From Cercozoa sp. M6MM (taxonomy: Eukaryota > Protista > Endomyxa: Ascetosporea), in the NCBI GenBank assembly GCA_040357565.1, contig JBDODJ010000059.1: a DNA stretch of 64,000 nt; one strand, given 5' to 3'. Made by a program: the position numbers and the translations under genes. Of this stretch, positions 60,033-64,000 are shown piece after piece. The notes under the pieces are model-generated. The model searched no databases. It had not been told where the DNA came from and worked only from the letters and a program-made list of their open reading frames with translations. Each line of letters starts with the position of its first letter. Positions within the stretch are counted from its first letter, which is position 1.

Positions 60033-63000
60033 GAGAGAGGTGCCTTCCTGTAGCCGAAGCAGAGGAACTCCGTCAGGAGATTGGCCGTCTGAAGAATAAA
60101 TGTGCCACCACGGTACCTTGACCTTGTATGTTCCTTTCACTCTCTTATAAATTTACCGACGATACGTGACACAGGCCGGTGCATCAGAAGAACAGACCGC
60201 CGAAATCGAGCGTCTGCAACAGCAGCTGACTGAGCTGCAGACAACTCTGGAAAAGGCTCAAACCAACCAACACCAAGGTACCTATACAAACGACCGTCAA
60301 AAAAATATATTTGTGTGTGCAGCCGTTGAAGCACTCCAAACGAGACTTGAAGGATGTGAGAATGAACTGCGAGCAGCCCGAGAACGAGAGACTCAACTGC
60401 AACAGCAACTGGGTAACCCTTACGCTTCAATTGTTTGGGACTGTAGTCGCTATAACTTATATACTGATGTGTGCCTCTATTGACAGAAACTGCCACTCGA
60501 CGACCCACTCAACATGCGGTTGCGACACAGACTGAAGGCAGTACTATGTCCTTTTATGCTCCATATTTTGGAGGCGCAAAGACTCCGTCTACTTGAGCAG
60601 CCTTGGAAATCGACGAGATCAAGGCCGAACTACAGCGCAGTCAAACCACTGTCCAGCAACTCGGTCAGTTCAATCCTGTTGAAGAGGGTGCTTGTTGATC
60701 TAGATTCCTATGCAGAGACCGAACTGCAGGAGACTCGTGCTACACTGCAAAGTTAGTTGAGTGTCTCCTGTACTACCTGCATGAGTAGTTGTTTGCACTG
60801 TAAACAGAGCACGAAGCTGCCGCAATGGAGCGTGCCGAAGAGAGCGCTACCTTGCAGAAACGTAGTACTTTTCTTCTTTGGTGATTGGTGTCACGAGTGT
60901 CCCACATGTGCAGATGTGGAAGTACTTGAGGAGACACTCGCTGCTGTTGTACCCTCGTTTGTCAGTTCTGTCCTGTTTCAAAACTGTGTTATGTAACTCA
61001 AACAGCGCCAGAATGAGGCTACGCTCGAAGAGCAGCTGCGTGATTGCGAGGGTTTCAATAACTTGATATATATGTATATATATTGCCTCGAGTATATTGA
61101 GTTGTTTCACTAGCGGACCTGGAGACCCAGCGAGGCACGGTTACTCAGATGAAAGAACAGTGCGCCACCACGGTACTGTCCTACGCACTGGCGTCCCGTC
61201 TAACCTTTCTGTATGCAGAAGTTGTATGTGCGTACAGGCCGGTGCCTCGGCCGAACTCGAACGCACACTGGCTTCCCAGACTGAAGGTACGAGCTGCCAC
61301 TTTGTGTGTATGCAGCCAAGTGAGTCACAATCCGACTGGGCAGAGATCGAGCGCCTGCGAGCAGAGCTGGCCGCTCACGCTGGAGGCACTGCTCAGCAAC
61401 AAGAGGGTACACAGTATTAAATAAATACTACTGATACAAATATAGTCCCTGAACGCGTGTGCAGTCATTCAGCGACTCGAAATGACTCTCCTAGAGTGTA
61501 AAGACAAAGCAGAGCACAGCATTCGAATGCAACAACTCTTGGGTAGCTTACACACTCATGCATATGGTTCACCAGATCTGATTTGGCTTTAAACATAAAT
61601 TCGGTGTTCAAACACAGAGGACGACCGTGAGAAGCTTCATGCGGAACTGCTTGGTACAGTGCCCTATCGCCATTGTTGCTGTATTACTGTGTCAACACAG
61701 AGTCTACGAGAGAGCTCGACCTGTGTCGAAACGAACTGGCGACCCACAAGGCAGGTATCAACACCTTTATTTCGCTCTCGACCTGTTGGAGTGAAACATG
61801 CAACACTTACGCACACAGTCTATGAGGATGCAATCCGAGGGCACGAAGGCACCTGCACTGCCCAGCAAGAGCGTAACACCCTCCGATTCTTCGTGCTGGT
61901 GAATTTTTGTAAGTTTAAGCGCGTGGGTGTGAAACGTGCACAGGTCTGGAAGCACTCGCGATAGAATTGACTGCTGCGGTATTGCTTTTAAGTTCAATAC
62001 AGCAGTTAATGCAAGGAGAGTGGTACTGTGGGAGACTCTACCAATGAGCACAGAACACGCATGCTGACGAATGCGAACAGCAACTGCAGTGGCATAGACA
62101 ACTACTTCAAACAAATGTAATCCTGGCCTGCTGTATGTATATCTAAATTCTCTAAATCTACATTAATCTACAGCAAGGCTACCTTGATGAGTGTGTGCGG
62201 GAGAAGAAAGAACTGCAGGCACAACTGATGATGCGACTGCAGGCACCTCTGGACATTGCCACCGCTGTTCCTGAGACTACCGGAACTCCTGTCTCGGATG
62301 CTATGTTTAGGGAGCTAGAGCAGCTACGTCTGACATGTACCGTATTCTCAGTGTCCAGTATCCTCAGGCCTACCTTTTCTTTGCAGTCTCCAAGTGCAAG
62401 GCCGACCTCGCAGGTACATTGTTGGTGTTCTAAATAATGAAGATCTTGACTCGAACACTCTATGCAGCTGCTCGAGCCGACAACCGTGCACTGCGCGTGC
62501 AATTGGAGGCAGTCGAAACCACACCGACACTGCCTCCTCCACCGACCGAAGTGCCGGCACACTGTGAAGACCTGATTCATCGACTGGAAGAGAGTGTGTT
62601 CTTCCACTCACTCTTGCTTGTCAAAGTAAAATTAATGGACTGTTCGCAACCTGAGCAGGCAACGTCCAGCTCCAGCAACGCGACGATGAACTGAATCGGA
62701 TGGTACAAATGCGGCCCTTCTGTCTAAACATTCACTACCCAATCGGTGTTGTCGATACAGCAACAACGCTACCACGAGTGCGAGAACCAAAAGCATCTCC
62801 TGGAAAGTACGCTCGCAGTCTTGTCTCAACCTTGCAGCTCTGATTTGGCCTGAATATCTCTGACTGGACACACAGACCAAGTCGACCAGTTGCGAGAAGA
62901 GAATCGTCAGTTGAGAGAACAATGTCTCATTTCAGACACCGTACTGGGCGCTACTCTTGCTGAAGCAACGCCGCACATACAGCAGTTGCGCAATCAAGTA

Positions 63001-63920
63001 CATGAGATGCAGCAGGCATTGCGTAAGTTATTACATTATAAGTTTAGACATAGTTATATATATATATATCTTTATATACGTATTTATGATGCATGTGTAT
63101 GGAGTGTATGCCGAGACACTAAACCAACGGTGTTCCTCCCTCAGAGATGGAACAAATGAACCACGCAGCTACTCAACAGCAGTGCCAAGCCGACGTGTTC
63201 AACCTGGTACCAGTGTCACCTCTATGCACACAGTACCGGTCTGAAGTATCACTGTGTAAATGTACCTGCCTGTAGCAACAGCAACTTGCGGCAGTTCAGG
63301 CTCGTACATGCTTTGTACTCTTTGTGCCTTTACGTCTGAACTGCACTGTGCTCAGAAAACGCCGATATGCAATATTACTGCCAAGTCAAGGTAACTTACA
63401 GTAAGTTGGACAGTGATAGACGTACCCCATTCTGTCAGGACGTCGGATCGGCCGAACTCGGTGCCGTGTGTCAGAATCAGCAGCAACAACTTGAGCACTA
63501 CATGGCCGAAAGCAACGCACGTGACCAGGAGTACATCCGCCGACTGACTGAACTGGTGACTTCAGACTGCTAGCAATGCGTGAATGTCGCATACTGCCTG
63601 TACTACAGGAAGCTCATCTTCGCGGTTTGGAGAACGAAAATGCAGTTTTGCGAGACACGTGCGCACTGCACGTAGCAACGTGTACTAACATAGTTCTCCC
63701 AACTATTGTGTGTATGTGTAGGACGTCGAACTAGCCGAGCAAGAGGGAACATGCGCCGATCAATTCAGAGGTGATTCACCTCCTGTAGTTCCTTCAAGAG
63801 GGTTGCTTGAACCGAGTGCTGTGTGCAGAGATCGGTCTGCTGGACCAACAACTCGCTGAGTACGAGGTCTTGCTGCAGGGACGAGACGAAGAATTGGACG
63901 TCTTGGTAACTGAGTTGAGT

Positions 63921-63999
<79 letters not shown>

Positions 64000-64000
64000 G
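53707..64000 (+). CDS. Giant secreted Cys-containing coiled-coil protein encoded by micro-exons (3' end outside window)
   Basis: Signal peptide MRAILSLVVLLLTLVQTASA. Exons of 15, 63, 29+49, 30, 54, 35+19, 114 nt and so on join in frame into E/Q/L heptads. Recurrent HxxxCxAQ and LxxCxG motifs. Confidence 0.85.

Noticed and set aside
1-64000. Alternative genetic code explaining the short ORFs
   Set aside because: Conserved genes splice into clean frames through GT-AG introns and end in TAG (calcineurin), TGA (RRS1, ChaN) or TAA. No in-frame stops needed reassignment.
1-64000. Precise taxonomic assignment
   Set aside because: Gene content and intron style indicate a protist, but the lineage cannot be fixed without a phylogeny of calcineurin, RRS1 or MYG1.

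Overview
This is gene-dense eukaryotic DNA, most likely from a protist, using the standard genetic code and very many short GT-AG introns (mostly about 35-80 nt). The raw ORF track is therefore fragmentary and I assembled the genes by hand-splicing. Recognisable genes are a MARCH-like RING-CH E3 ligase, a secreted ChaN-type haem-binding protein of bacterial type, a CDF zinc transporter, MYG1, a BT1 folate-biopterin transporter, an M28/ERMP1-like peptidase, a NIPA Mg2+ transporter, a large ankyrin-repeat protein, calcineurin A and RRS1, plus several hypothetical genes. The last 10.3 kb hold an incomplete gene for a giant secreted Cys-studded coiled-coil protein built from dozens of mostly phase-1 micro-exons. 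The most unusual observations are: (1) that modular micro-exon gene; (2) two intron classes, one plain and one filled with intron-specific tandem repeats that often share a sense-strand TAC(C) core and poly-C acceptor tracts; (3) a degenerate GTAC-type donor consensus that mostly lacks +5G; (4) a 352-bp MITE with a 9-bp target-site duplication; (5) a 400-bp insertion that appears to separate a His-rich tail from the zinc transporter. Exon boundaries are manual predictions and were not verified against transcripts.
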